DNA from: a virus
Strand: one strand, 5' to 3'
IMG/VR virus record: IMGVR_UViG_3300025073_000042
Span: 1-64,000 of that record
DNA length: 64,000 nt
The translations under genes were made by a program, and so were the position numbers. Below the pieces are notes generated by a model. It made no database searches and had not been told where the DNA came from. It saw nothing but the letters and a program-made list of their open reading frames with translations. Of this stretch, positions 38,109 through 48,881 are shown piece by piece (position 1 is the first letter of the stretch; every line of letters begins with the position of its first letter).

Positions 38109-38459
38109 ATGGCACAGTGGCACACAGCGGAAGCGACGCGGGCGGGGCTCAACGTGGTCATCCACTTCCTCGTGCCCGCCGGGAACAATGCGGTCGGCGT
38201 CTCGTGGAAGACGGCGGCCCTGAAGGCCGGGCTGTCGGGCGGAACGCCGTCGAAGTGGGCCGACGCGGGGGAGGCGGCGGCTATCGCGGACGGGTCGGTG
38301 ATCGAGCTGCGGATCGAGGTGCAGCTTGATCGCAGCCAGACGATGGCGGTGCAGAAGGCAGCGGTCCAGGCAGCCGTGACCCGCGCGATTGCTGCGCGGA
38401 AGGCCGAGTGGACGGAGACGCTGAAGCACGCTGGTTTCGCAGAAGGGACGGTGGTCTAG
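38109..38459 (+). CDS. hypothetical virion-associated protein
   Basis: ATG after GGAGGAGGGAG. Confidence 0.6.
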   Translation: MAQWHTAEATRAGLNVVIHFLVPAGNNAVGVSWKTAALKAGLSGGTPSKWADAGEAAAIADGSVIELRIEVQLDRSQTMAVQKAAVQAAVTRAIAARKAEWTETLKHAGFAEGTVV

Positions 38460-39059
38460 GTGGCAAAGACGACCACGACGACGCTGCTGCAGGAGTGGAC
38501 GCAAGTCGCCGCGCAGGCCATTGTGCACAGCGGCGAGGCGGCAATCGATGCCGCCTACGATAACTGGCTGCACTTGCAGGTGGGTCTCGACTCCGCAACC
38601 CCCCATGCCGGCACGAAGTTTGTCGTGCAGGTCTCCAGCGCAGCCGAAGGTGATGAGGACTGGCATGAATTGTTCCCACTCCCCATCCTGTGCGTCGGCA
38701 CGGCGGCGGCCGAGGCGTTGGCGGCAACAGAGCCACAGGGCGAGACCGTCATCGCGGTCGCGGACACGACGGGCTTCACGACCTACGGCATCTTCCTGTT
38801 CCTCAAGGACAACGTGATCGCCGACTCGGAGATTGTGGAGCAGAAGTCGCACGTCGCCAACACCAGCATTACGCTCCTGGACGGGCTGACCAACGAGCAC
38901 ACGGCGGCGGATGCGCTTTGGAACATCGCCGACTCGCGGGCTTGGCTGATCGGCGGCGGGTGCGGGAAGCGCGTGCGCGTCGTCGTGGACAACAACTACG
39001 ACTCGGGCGCGAGCACGTTCTGCTACCGCGCTCAACTCGTGCAGGTGCCGACACTGTGA
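38460..39059 (+). CDS. hypothetical virion-associated protein
   Basis: beta-rich; in tail region. Confidence 0.6.
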   Translation: MAKTTTTTLLQEWTQVAAQAIVHSGEAAIDAAYDNWLHLQVGLDSATPHAGTKFVVQVSSAAEGDEDWHELFPLPILCVGTAAAEALAATEPQGETVIAVADTTGFTTYGIFLFLKDNVIADSEIVEQKSHVANTSITLLDGLTNEHTAADALWNIADSRAWLIGGGCGKRVRVVVDNNYDSGASTFCYRAQLVQVPTL

Positions 39060-39856
39060 TCTATCGCCCCTGGACCGGCCAGAACAAGCCGCCGCGAGGC
39101 GCGCGCCCGATACCGGGGCACGCGCTGACGCCTACGGCTGCGTGGCTGTGCAATGAGAGGTCAGGGCCTCTCGTCGCGGATGCGATGCGGACTGGTAGCG
39201 ATGGGGCGGCTACGGCGGGGTATTCATGGGATGCCGATAGTCTCTACCTGAACCAAAAGTACGTCGATGTCGGAAATGGGTGGCCGTTTGCCTGGACAGG
39301 TAGCATCTCGTTGGTGCTGTTTGCCCAGCGTCAATGGGACTCCTCGAGGTGGCTGTTCGGGAAATGCGGCACGATCGGGGAGAGATCGTTTGGCCTGTTA
39401 AACGCATCAGCCACAAGCGTCGCAATGTACGTGGCTCCCAACGCCACTGCACTTACATTTCGCACATCGGGGACGGGCGGGTCGCTTGGCGCATGGGAGC
39501 ACATCGTAGGAGTTTACAATGCAGTGGCGCGGACGTTGGACGTTTACCGGAATGGGGTGCTGGACAACGGTAGTCTGTCGGGTACAGTCCCGGCTGCTCA
39601 GTACGTTGCCAATGGGCGCAACGTATGCCTCGGAGCCGGGGGATCGGGATATAGCCCGAGCGTGATGTATTTGGGCCACGCGGCGTATGTCCAAAGAGCC
39701 CTGTCGGCGACCGAAATTGCTGCTATGGCCGCCCAACCCTACTCCTGGCTCGGCGTCCCTGACCTCGCGAGCATGGGGAAGGCGATACCGGCGGCAGCAG
39801 GCGTCTACCCGATCTTCGGCGGAGAACATGTCATTCAAGGAGCGTGGCAGCTATGA
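39056..39856 (+). CDS. LamG/concanavalin-A-like jelly-roll domain protein
   Basis: GAWEHIVGVYN...LDVYRNGVLD, RALSATEI. Confidence 0.8.
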   Translation: MIYRPWTGQNKPPRGARPIPGHALTPTAAWLCNERSGPLVADAMRTGSDGAATAGYSWDADSLYLNQKYVDVGNGWPFAWTGSISLVLFAQRQWDSSRWLFGKCGTIGERSFGLLNASATSVAMYVAPNATALTFRTSGTGGSLGAWEHIVGVYNAVARTLDVYRNGVLDNGSLSGTVPAAQYVANGRNVCLGAGGSGYSPSVMYLGHAAYVQRALSATEIAAMAAQPYSWLGVPDLASMGKAIPAAAGVYPIFGGEHVIQGAWQL

Positions 39857-40182
39857 ACGGTGTGCCGAAACTAGGGAACACGCTCTACTTCTCATTCACG
39901 ACGCGCCACCCGGACACGGGGGCAATGAGAGACTCCGATCCCCCGCCGACGTGCAAAGTCTACGAGGGCACAACCAACATTGCGATCTTGAACCCAACCG
40001 TTGTCAGGGTGGCTGCGGGTCACTACTGTGTTCCAGTCGAAGCGACAGCAGACAACGGGTTCGGTGTCGGGAGGTCCTACAACGTGCTGGCGGAGGCGGC
40101 GGTCAAGCTCACCGCGCGAGGAATTGTGGGGCAGTTCGCGCTGGTAGCGGATGGAGCGTCTACCGCGCAAGGAGCGTGTTAA
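39853..40182 (+). CDS. single-domain paralog of the N-terminus of 40185..41339
   Basis: MNG.PKLGNTLY..F.T..P.TGA..D.D..PTC.VYE shared. Confidence 0.7.
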   Translation: MNGVPKLGNTLYFSFTTRHPDTGAMRDSDPPPTCKVYEGTTNIAILNPTVVRVAAGHYCVPVEATADNGFGVGRSYNVLAEAAVKLTARGIVGQFALVADGASTAQGAC

Positions 40183-40184
40183 CC

Positions 40185-41339
40185 ATGAACGGGATACCAA
40201 AGCTAGGGAACACGCTCTATCTCTTCTTCGCCACGCACAATCCGAGTACGGGTGCGGTGAGCGACGCTGACTCCACACCGACCTGCGATGTCTACGAGGA
40301 CGCGACTGACGTTGCGATTCTGAGCCCAACGGTAGTCAAGGTGGCTACGGGCCGCTACCGTGTTCCGATTGCAGCGACGGAGGGAAACGGGTTCGAGGCC
40401 GAGAAGTCCTACAACGCGGTCGCGGCGGCGACGGTCAACAGCATCACTGCGAATGCGGTTGTGGGGCAGTTCACGTTGGCGGCGGCGGATACGGATGACA
40501 TTGTGACGCAGGGAGACGCGGCGTGGATCACGGCTACCGGGTTCGAGCCTGCGGGTGCGGCGGCAGCAGCGGTCGCGACGTTGAACAATCTCTCATCTCA
40601 GGGAGCCCGCGACGCCATGAAGCTCGCCCCGACCGCAGGCGACCCCGAGGCAGGCAGCGTGGACAAGCACCTGGATGACATCCTGGAAGACACCAGCACT
40701 ACCCTCCCCGCACTCATCAACGCCCTCGGCCCCGGCACCGGCGACAAGACGGTCAACGTGACGGTGACTGCCGGAGCCCTGGCCGCGGGCGCCACGGTCT
40801 CGATCTCAGCTACAGCCACAGGTGCTGTGATCGCACGCGCCACGGCCAACAGCCTTGGCGTCGCGACTCTGCACCTCAACGCCGGCTCCTACTTCTACCA
40901 CGCGCACGGCGTCGTGGGCTACACGCACACTCCTGCGGCGTTCACGGTCGCGGCGAGCCCGACCGTGCAAGCCTTCGCGATCACAATGACGGAGTTCGTG
41001 GTCGCCGCGGCGACGGACCCGTCGCTCCGCCGCGTGTGGATGCGTATCTGGCGAGCGGATGGCGAGTACGTCACGGGAACTCCGGCGTTCACGGTTCACC
41101 TGGACGTAGCGTGCAAGTACGAGGACGGTCGGCTCGGCGATCGACGAACGGTCGGATCGACCGACGCGGCGGATCACTCCTATGCCTACGCGGACCTGCT
41201 GCCCACGGACGCGCTGACGCCGGTCACTGCCGGGGACACGGTGGTGTATCGCGTGCAGATTCACGAGACGGGCGAGGAGGAGACGTTCGCCTTGCCGACG
41301 GGCGACCTGTCATCCGTCGAGTTGGCCTCGCTGATCTGA
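40185..41339 (+). CDS. virion-associated Ig/prealbumin-like multidomain protein
   Basis: GATVSI...TANSLGVATLHLNAGSY prealbumin-like block. Confidence 0.6.
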   Translation: MNGIPKLGNTLYLFFATHNPSTGAVSDADSTPTCDVYEDATDVAILSPTVVKVATGRYRVPIAATEGNGFEAEKSYNAVAAATVNSITANAVVGQFTLAAADTDDIVTQGDAAWITATGFEPAGAAAAAVATLNNLSSQGARDAMKLAPTAGDPEAGSVDKHLDDILEDTSTTLPALINALGPGTGDKTVNVTVTAGALAAGATVSISATATGAVIARATANSLGVATLHLNAGSYFYHAHGVVGYTHTPAAFTVAASPTVQAFAITMTEFVVAAATDPSLRRVWMRIWRADGEYVTGTPAFTVHLDVACKYEDGRLGDRRTVGSTDAADHSYAYADLLPTDALTPVTAGDTVVYRVQIHETGEEETFALPTGDLSSVELASLI

Positions 41340-41452
41340 GCGCGCGGAAGCCGCGCACAGCCATTCTACGGGGCGTTTCTGAGCCGAGGGCGTCCTTGGG
41401 CCACTTAGGGGCCGGAAGCGGCGCGGCAGGGCTCCCGGGCCGAACCAGATAG

Positions 41453-41480
41453 TTTACAGGGAGAGGATGCGGGGTATACT
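41453..41480 (+). promoter_or_regulatory. putative promoter
   Basis: TTTACA-16 bp-TATACT. Confidence 0.5.
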
Positions 41481-41592
41481 ATGGATGCCCTGGCAGGCGC
41501 GCCTCAGAATCGTACAACCGGCCCCATCCCTCCGCGGCGCGCCTGCCAGGGCCGCCGAGCGGGGATGGGGCCTGCCGATTCTGAGGAGGTGT

Positions 41593-41955
41593 ATGATGCA
41601 GACGCGCGGACGTTCGTCCTACGTGACGCTGAACGTGGTGTGGCTGTTGGCGGTGGTGTTCGCGGGGTTCCTGGCGGGGATGGCGTTCCAGTCGTTCGGG
41701 GACTCGCGGGCGGCGGCTGACGATGAGGTCTTCACCTGCGTGAAGTGCGGCGAGGTCGTCACGGAGCAGGCGGTGGTACTGCACACGAAGTGCCGTTCCG
41801 ACGAAAAGCGCGCACTTGGGATGAGCGAAGCTGGTAAGCAACTAACGAAGACACTGCGAGCTCAGATGGATCAGGAGTTGAGCCGTGGCGGCCAGAACAG
41901 CAATCACGCTGGGGGGCGCATGGAGCGCGACTCTGGAGGTCCTAAACCAGAGTGA
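41593..41955 (+). CDS. membrane-anchored protein with Zn-finger-like motif (moron-like)
   Basis: TM segment; CVKCG...HTKC; RBS GAGGAGGT. Confidence 0.55.
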   Translation: MMQTRGRSSYVTLNVVWLLAVVFAGFLAGMAFQSFGDSRAAADDEVFTCVKCGEVVTEQAVVLHTKCRSDEKRALGMSEAGKQLTKTLRAQMDQELSRGGQNSNHAGGRMERDSGGPKPE

Positions 41956-44900
41956 CGCGGCGGCAGTAGCACCCCCTCCAGCACAATCAGTAGGTCTTGC
42001 AGCGGTTGGGTGCGCTGCTGCGATTACCGCCAACTCGACGCCCGTTGGTGTTTATGCTCCGCTCACATCGGCCCCTGGTTCCGAGTACCCCGGGCACTAC
42101 TGGGGATCGTACTGGTATACCTTCAGGGTTTCGGCTTCTGCCCCGTCTGACGGTCCATACACGGTAGACTATCAAGTGTGGCTGGGTGACGGTTGGGTCG
42201 TACTCGGCTCCCCTCCGACTGGTTCCCCTCCGAATCCGATCACCGGAGACCTCGCTGTCACCGTCGCCATCACCCTCACCGGCGTCTACCCCAAGGCCTG
42301 GGCCACCGACGCAGCCCCCGCCGCCCGGGGCTTCCTCTGGTTCGGCGATAGGTCCTCGGGCTACTCCTGGTACGCCGATGCGGACTCGGTCGTCACCATC
42401 ACCGCAACCGGCCCCGACTCCACGGTCCTGACCGCCTCGGGCGCGCTCGCGGGCGCGGGAGGAGAACTCAACCTCGGCATCGCCCCGTGGCTGCTCTCTT
42501 GTACCCTCGCCTGCAACCGCTTCCCGTCGGGCGATACCACCTACGCGCGGGTCTCGGACCTGAAGTGGGGGACGCACTCGCTGCAGGCCATCGCCGACCT
42601 CTACAACCCCGGCAGCGGAGACGAACCCAACCCCGTCAACAACCCTGACTGGACACGGGCCGGCAGCGCGGGCACGGACTTCCGCGTCGGCCCCGACGGG
42701 AGCATGGGGATGTGGTGTGAGGCGGCTTCGGCGAGCCCCTCGTCCTGCCTGTGGATTCTCGGCCCGCCGAGGCGCGTGACTTTCAAGCCTGCGACGGGCT
42801 TCTTCGATGACAACGTGGCCGCCGAACCGCCCATCGAAGTGAGTGGAACGCCCGTCGCGTGGGCGGGTAGCCCACCCGCCGCCTCGCCCGATCCGTTCAC
42901 CGGGACTGAGACCTTCGAGGAGACGGGCGGGGATACGTCTAGATTCTTGTTCGAGTGGTCCAGGTTCAGTGGCCCGACGATGGCCCTCTCCGTCACCGAC
43001 GCTTGGCGCACGGACAACGGGGAGGACGTTGACCGGGGGGACCCTGATGACCCGGACAATCCAACCACTGACCAGGACGACAAGAAGTGCGCCCTCTACC
43101 TGCACCCCATCGACGTGACGAACCTCAACGGCATCCCCTGGGACGAGTGGGGGACGTTCCTCACGATCACGCCCGAGGGGAACCTCGGCGTCGTCAAGCC
43201 CGCCGGAGTGAGCCGTCCCGCGAACTGGGTTGGCAGTGGAGGCCTGACGCCAGACGAGACGACCAACGATCTCTGGCATGTGGCTGCCGCGTCCTCCGCG
43301 CCGAAGGCGACGCTGACCATCGCCGAACGCTTCACCAGCCGCATGACCCGCATGTTCGATCACGCCGACGACGACCCGTGGCCGTACCACTGGGAGTGGG
43401 GGTTCCAGTACAACCGCGCCAACCCTCCGACGGCCATCGAGGAACTGCTCGACCCCGAGGCGTACCGCTTCCCTGAGAACATCTGGCACTGGAAGAATCG
43501 CGGCGCAGGTCGCCTGGACATCACGGCCCCTCGCGCGGGGACCGTCGTCCTGACCGTGAACTACAAGATTCCGGTCTTCGACTTCCCGTTCTACGCGGGC
43601 GGCGAGTGGAACTGGGGGCCGGACAGCCCTTCGTCGCTGAGTTGGGTGACGGGCACGGTCTCGTGGAACGTGGCCGTCGAGGTAGGCGCGAACACCGTCA
43701 CTTTCGACCTCGCGCTGCCGAACACGGGAGACTACGACCCGCAGCTCCACGTTGTCACGAGCATCGAGGTGCTGTTGCCCGCCGCGACCGAGGCCGAAGA
43801 CTGGACCCTCTCTGAAATCACGCTGCTCCCTCGCGACCCGAACGCGCTCTCGCGCAACGAGGGCGAGAACTACCACCACGTCTGGTCGATGTTCGACCCC
43901 TACAACTGGGCGGCGGACTTCACGGGATTCAGGGGCCTACTCTCCGGCAGGCGCATCCTGGCGATACCGTCGGGGCAGGATGGTATGGTCGGCGTCGAGA
44001 CCGCGCTGATGATCCGGCAGAAGCGGAGACATGACCCGGACTCCGAGGCGACCGGCGTCCTTGACTACGCGAAGGCGGCCAGCACGACGGCTGCTGAGAT
44101 CGGCTACCAGGAAGGTCTGCTCTGCGAATACGCGGACCCGACGCCGGAAGTCGGGGCGCACAACCGGGACGCCGACTTGAACCAGTTCGTGGCCTCGTTC
44201 CGCGCCTTCGACCTGCGGCACACGCACGAGTTCCAGGGCGACGGCGCGGTGAACATCACGGGCTGCCCCAAGGTCGTGAGCATCGCCGTACCCTACGGGC
44301 TCTGCGGGCTCGACGGGGACGATGCGGACGAAGGCGTGGTCGTCTACTACGACAAGTACCCACGCGGGCGCGAACAGGGGTTGGGGTTCAGCGGACGGTC
44401 GGGGCGGGCTCGACGAACGGGGACAGTCTACCTCTGGAAACGCCCTCTCGCGGGCGGCGCATGGGAACTCACGACATTCTCTGCCGTGCCTGACAGGTTT
44501 GGTCGCTGGAACCTCGGGCCGGACAAGGAGAAGGGCTGGGAGTACGGGGTCACGGACAGTTCAACCACGTCCCCGGACTCGGGAAGCGAGTTCCGCAACC
44601 GCGAGTACGTCTGGTTCACGATCACCCTCGCCGGCGCCAAGTCCCTCGACCACCTCCGTGATCTCGAGGGTCGCATCCAGGTGTACTACGAGAATACGGA
44701 CGGGCAGCTCGTGCGCCGCTGGTACACGCCGACCGAGGACGCCTACGCCGAGACCATCCTCTGGCCGGCGCAGACCACGGACAGCCATCCGAACATCATG
44801 CGGACGGCCGGCAGCTCGGCGCTCACGCTGCTGTTCATTCGCGACGCGGATGCGGTGCTGGTCGTAGAGAGCCTTGACAACGGGCGGACTTGGGGTGATC

Positions 44901-45202
44901 CTCTGAGCATCGCAACCGGCTACACCATCGCCGAGGCCGAGATCGACGGGCCGCGCAACTTGATCTGCGCCCTGCTCTACGACGGGACGGACTGGAAGCG
45001 CGCGGTGCTGGAGTGGGTGCCCGCGACGGCGCAGTGGCAGGTTCACGGGAGCGTCGCGCAGCTCGTGGCGGGCGCCGAACAGCGGGGGTCGCTGCGCCGC
45101 GAGTCGGACGGTTCCTTTAGCTTTGTCTACGTGGACGCGGACGACGCGGTTCAGCTTATTCGAGGGATGCTGGACCAAGGCAACACGCTGGCTTGGAGTT
45201 GA
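41885..45202 (+). CDS. large minor tail/structural protein
   Basis: 1105 aa, Trp/Gly/Thr-rich; C-terminal Asp-box SLDNGRTW. Confidence 0.65.
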   Translation: MAARTAITLGGAWSATLEVLNQSDAAAVAPPPAQSVGLAAVGCAAAITANSTPVGVYAPLTSAPGSEYPGHYWGSYWYTFRVSASAPSDGPYTVDYQVWLGDGWVVLGSPPTGSPPNPITGDLAVTVAITLTGVYPKAWATDAAPAARGFLWFGDRSSGYSWYADADSVVTITATGPDSTVLTASGALAGAGGELNLGIAPWLLSCTLACNRFPSGDTTYARVSDLKWGTHSLQAIADLYNPGSGDEPNPVNNPDWTRAGSAGTDFRVGPDGSMGMWCEAASASPSSCLWILGPPRRVTFKPATGFFDDNVAAEPPIEVSGTPVAWAGSPPAASPDPFTGTETFEETGGDTSRFLFEWSRFSGPTMALSVTDAWRTDNGEDVDRGDPDDPDNPTTDQDDKKCALYLHPIDVTNLNGIPWDEWGTFLTITPEGNLGVVKPAGVSRPANWVGSGGLTPDETTNDLWHVAAASSAPKATLTIAERFTSRMTRMFDHADDDPWPYHWEWGFQYNRANPPTAIEELLDPEAYRFPENIWHWKNRGAGRLDITAPRAGTVVLTVNYKIPVFDFPFYAGGEWNWGPDSPSSLSWVTGTVSWNVAVEVGANTVTFDLALPNTGDYDPQLHVVTSIEVLLPAATEAEDWTLSEITLLPRDPNALSRNEGENYHHVWSMFDPYNWAADFTGFRGLLSGRRILAIPSGQDGMVGVETALMIRQKRRHDPDSEATGVLDYAKAASTTAAEIGYQEGLLCEYADPTPEVGAHNRDADLNQFVASFRAFDLRHTHEFQGDGAVNITGCPKVVSIAVPYGLCGLDGDDADEGVVVYYDKYPRGREQGLGFSGRSGRARRTGTVYLWKRPLAGGAWELTTFSAVPDRFGRWNLGPDKEKGWEYGVTDSSTTSPDSGSEFRNREYVWFTITLAGAKSLDHLRDLEGRIQVYYENTDGQLVRRWYTPTEDAYAETILWPAQTTDSHPNIMRTAGSSALTLLFIRDADAVLVVESLDNGRTWGDPLSIATGYTIAEAEIDGPRNLICALLYDGTDWKRAVLEWVPATAQWQVHGSVAQLVAGAEQRGSLRRESDGSFSFVYVDADDAVQLIRGMLDQGNTLAWS

Positions 45203-45206
45203 TGGC

Positions 45207-45458
45207 ATGGAGATCGACCCGAGATCGACGGTCTATTCGGGGGGGGAAGTCGAGTTGCCGCGTACCCTGCTTGGCTACGTTGCGCGCGCCCTCCTGTGGT
45301 TGGCTCGCTGGTCGCCGTGGCTGGAGCGGTACGCTTGGCGTGTCGTATTGCGAGCGGCACTCCCCAATGCGAGCATCGAGTGGAAGACGATGCAGGTTGA
45401 TGATTCGGCCTTGACGGATAAGCAGAAGGCCCTCCTGAAATCTATCAGCATGGACTAA
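45207..45458 (+). CDS. hypothetical protein
   Basis: short ORF filling the gap. Confidence 0.45.
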   Translation: MEIDPRSTVYSGGEVELPRTLLGYVARALLWLARWSPWLERYAWRVVLRAALPNASIEWKTMQVDDSALTDKQKALLKSISMD

Positions 45459-45462
45459 GCCC

Positions 45463-47673
45463 GTGGCCTCCACGCGCCTCCATCCGCTGTCCTCTGTCCG
45501 GCTCTTCGACGCCGGTGCCGATGGCTACGCGAGCGACCGCGGCTTCTACGTCCACGACATTCTCTCGCAGTCCTGGCCCTCGTGCCGACCGACCTGGGCG
45601 GTCGGCGAGGACAGCTACCAGTACCCGACGACCTTCCTGCTCGCCGAGCTGGGCGTCGTACTGCCCGCCTTCGAGATTGTGCCCCGCGACGCGAGCCTCG
45701 ATCACTGGTCGGGGTGGACGAACGTCATCGGCGGGGGTACCTGGGAGACCTCGTTGGCGCAGGCCGCCGGCGGCAAGCTCTTCATCTACCACATCTACAC
45801 GACGCCCGGCGCTACCTACGCGCTGACCTCGGACTTCGATCTGCCGGACGACCCCTGGTTCTGCTTCAGCCTCGCCGTCGAGACGCCGCTGCGGACCAAC
45901 GCCTCCGGCAACACCGAGGCCGCGTTCGTGGACGTGGTGTTCGGCGGGGGAGGCTGGGCGATTCAGTTCCGGCCGCAGGGGAGCCCCGCGCTCTTCAAAG
46001 CGGACGGCGGGGAGTGGGTGCAGGTCGCGGAGCTGCCCAGCCCCGAGACGCGCCCGTGGCGCCCCTTCGGGAGCAACGACTTCCCGGCGGTCTTCGATGT
46101 CGTGGTGGGCGTCGTGCGCGGCGCGCTCGCCATCAGCTTCGACCGCGGCGCGTCGTGGGCGACCTACACCGAGCCCGGAGGGATCATCGTGCAACAGGGG
46201 CCCGTGGTCGTCGGGGGCTACGGACAGGGCTGCTTCTGGTGGTGGCACGAGGTTCGGCCGCTGCTCCATGAGAACGCCCCCTCGCCCGCCTTCGCGTCGA
46301 TGCTACACCCGATCTTCGATGATCGGCCCTCGGAGACGGACCCGGCCACGCTGCTCGTGACGGCGGGCTATCACGCCTTCGTACCCGAAGGCACGGCAGT
46401 CGCCGTCGAGCAGAACGAGACGGACGCCGGAGATCCCGGCGTCTTTTCATACACGGCGACGTTCATGACGGCGCAGGCGACGATGGGCGGCGCGCCCTTC
46501 GACTCCTGGCGCTTCCCCGCCCTCTGCGCGGTGGACGCCTACTGGACGCCGACGCTCGTCGCGCCCGCCCCGGGGGCCTACGCGGAACTGACCGTGCCCG
46601 GCGGGGCGTCGTTCGGCGTGGACGGCATCCACGTCGAGCTTCCGCAGGACCTCGCGGCCAACTCGGCGACCCTCGAACTGAGCCTGCGCCCCAACATCAC
46701 CTTCACCGGCGAGTACCGCTGGCGGTACGTCGAGATCGACCTCGGCTTCCGGCACGAGGATGACAGCTACGCCATGTGGCCGGTCTTCGCGGGCTACGTG
46801 CAGGAGTGCGAGACCCGTCAGACGCCGGAGTGGAACCAGGGCCACAAGCTGACCCTGCGCCTCGCCGACGCGACGTGGCGCTTCAAGACCTCCGAGGTAG
46901 ACGAAGGCTTCCCCTGCCTGGACTTCGCCAACGGCAACGAGGCCCTGCTGTCCGTCGCGGCGCGCGCGGGATGGAGCCCGACGCGCTGCTCGTTCGTGGC
47001 GACGACCATCGCCCTATCCGGCGGCACGGCGGATGCGCCGGTCTGGCATTGGGCGGGCTCGCGCGCGGAGTTGCGCCTGGGGCAGGGCCTGTGGGAGGTC
47101 ATGGCACGGATCGCCGACTACCTCGGCGTCGAGTTGTTCATCGGCGGCGACGGCGTGCTGTACACGCGCGTCCGGAACGTCGTGCTGCCGGCCTTGCACA
47201 CCTTCGACGGAAGCCAGTCCTCGGACCTGGACGACGCCATTGAGTCCATCGAGTACGCGGCCCGGTCTTCGGACCTCGGGACGGCGGTCATCGTGCGCGG
47301 CGAGGACGACTCCTCCCGCGGCGTCGCCGTCTACGCCATCGACTTCAGCCGGGAACGGGTGCCGGGCAACGACCCCTTCATCTCCTGGCGACAGACGCGG
47401 CGCGTGGACGGGCGCGAGTACACGGAGATCGACGAGTGCGCGCGCGTGGCGCTGCTGGAGTACGCGCAGATGCACGAGTCGGGCTTCACCTTGGGCTTCG
47501 AGTCGCACGGGAACCCCGAGGTAGACCGGCGCGAGCAGGTGCAGATCACGAACGTCGCCGTGGGGACGGGGGTAGCCCAGCGGTTTATCGTGATGGAAGT
47601 GGGCCACGACTGGGGGGCGGTGCTCTCGAACTGCAGAAGCGAGTTCGTTTGCCGGAGGATTGAGGACGCATGA
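45463..47673 (+). CDS. minor tail / baseplate hub-like protein
   Basis: VFAGYV, WEVMARIADYLG.ELFI..DGVL and GNPEVD...V.I hub pattern. Confidence 0.65.
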   Translation: MASTRLHPLSSVRLFDAGADGYASDRGFYVHDILSQSWPSCRPTWAVGEDSYQYPTTFLLAELGVVLPAFEIVPRDASLDHWSGWTNVIGGGTWETSLAQAAGGKLFIYHIYTTPGATYALTSDFDLPDDPWFCFSLAVETPLRTNASGNTEAAFVDVVFGGGGWAIQFRPQGSPALFKADGGEWVQVAELPSPETRPWRPFGSNDFPAVFDVVVGVVRGALAISFDRGASWATYTEPGGIIVQQGPVVVGGYGQGCFWWWHEVRPLLHENAPSPAFASMLHPIFDDRPSETDPATLLVTAGYHAFVPEGTAVAVEQNETDAGDPGVFSYTATFMTAQATMGGAPFDSWRFPALCAVDAYWTPTLVAPAPGAYAELTVPGGASFGVDGIHVELPQDLAANSATLELSLRPNITFTGEYRWRYVEIDLGFRHEDDSYAMWPVFAGYVQECETRQTPEWNQGHKLTLRLADATWRFKTSEVDEGFPCLDFANGNEALLSVAARAGWSPTRCSFVATTIALSGGTADAPVWHWAGSRAELRLGQGLWEVMARIADYLGVELFIGGDGVLYTRVRNVVLPALHTFDGSQSSDLDDAIESIEYAARSSDLGTAVIVRGEDDSSRGVAVYAIDFSRERVPGNDPFISWRQTRRVDGREYTEIDECARVALLEYAQMHESGFTLGFESHGNPEVDRREQVQITNVAVGTGVAQRFIVMEVGHDWGAVLSNCRSEFVCRRIEDA

Positions 47674-47900
47674 AGATCATCGGTCGCCACGCCTCACAGG
47701 TCCGCGCCGCCGTCCGCGAAGCGGTGCGCGTCACGAGCCGACGGAACCCCGGCCTCAGCGAACGGATGCTGGGGGCCATGCACTCCTCCGGCGGAATCTG
47801 CCTGACGTTCGCCGACGGCACGGCGACGCGGACGAAGTTCACGCTGGGGGCTCCGCTGCAGGACTTCCCTTACGTGGGAGCCTCGCCCACGCTACGCTAA
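47670..47900 (+). CDS. hypothetical protein
   Basis: ATGA-coupled. Confidence 0.5.
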   Translation: MKIIGRHASQVRAAVREAVRVTSRRNPGLSERMLGAMHSSGGICLTFADGTATRTKFTLGAPLQDFPYVGASPTLR

Positions 47901-47954
47901 GACGCCTTGACGCTATGACGCTACAGCGTTATGCTGTCAGGAAGGCAAAACGCC

Positions 47955-48725
47955 ATGCTCCGACAACCCTTCTCCCAGCTCCCCGATGATGTCGGCTACG
48001 CAGACTCCTTCCCGATCTCGAACTGGGAGCGCCTCTTCGACGGGCTCGACCTGCAACTCTCCGCCGCCCTGAAGTACGCCTGCGGAGAGGGGGTCATCGC
48101 CGGCGGCACGATTCAGACCGACAAGACCGTGACGCCCATCGAGTGCGTCACCGGCGGCGGCGCGCAGGGGACCTGGTACGGCAAGACCACGGCCAACACC
48201 GACCTCTCGGCCCTGCTCACCAACAGCCTCGAGAACGTCGTCTGGGTCTGCCTGGTCCGAATGCCGACGACCGGCGCGGATGCGTGGCCGGGGTACAGCT
48301 CGACGTTCAACGCCGGGACCCTCCAGTTCAAGGTACAGCCGACCGCGCCGCCGAACTCCTTCAAGCTGGGATCGATCACGCTCGACGGCGCGGGCGCCGT
48401 GACCGCCGTGGACAACAGCCCCATCGAGCGGCCGGAGATCTACGCGCCGAGCTTCCGCCCTTGGACGGGCAGCGTGACCTTCACGCCAGCGGGGGCGGAC
48501 GCTGAGTGGGTGGAGTGCGATCACTCCGCCGACATTCAGTTCGCCGTGCCGGGACAGGTGACGTACTGGAACCCGAAGGCCGGCGGCTTCGAGGTGGGGC
48601 CGATCGCGAACGGCGAGCCCGGCGGCGTGTGGCTCCTGGTGACGCCCCCAGCGTCTGGTGATCCGTACTACGGCAGCGCCAGCGTGCGGCTGTACGTGAC
48701 GCGCATCGGCATCCAGCAGAAGTGA
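47955..48725 (+). CDS. hypothetical tail-associated protein
   Basis: GEGVIAGG...KLGSITLDGAG.VT.VDN pattern of tail/baseplate proteins. Confidence 0.55.
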   Translation: MLRQPFSQLPDDVGYADSFPISNWERLFDGLDLQLSAALKYACGEGVIAGGTIQTDKTVTPIECVTGGGAQGTWYGKTTANTDLSALLTNSLENVVWVCLVRMPTTGADAWPGYSSTFNAGTLQFKVQPTAPPNSFKLGSITLDGAGAVTAVDNSPIERPEIYAPSFRPWTGSVTFTPAGADAEWVECDHSADIQFAVPGQVTYWNPKAGGFEVGPIANGEPGGVWLLVTPPASGDPYYGSASVRLYVTRIGIQQK

Positions 48726-48881
48726 GCCCGCCACATGGCCGTCCATCGTGGGCACGCCGTCACGCGCAACGCACAGCACGTCGTCGTCGGGGCCAGCCAG
48801 ACGACCCCCGCCGGCCGTAAAGGCGGAGGGCACGCGAAGCGGCGTCCGGCGAAGCTCGCCTGGCGGGAGGCGGTCGAGGAC

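Noticed and set aside
39853-40500. Diversity-generating retroelement TR/VR pair
   Set aside because: Differences are not adenine-specific and no reverse transcriptase was seen
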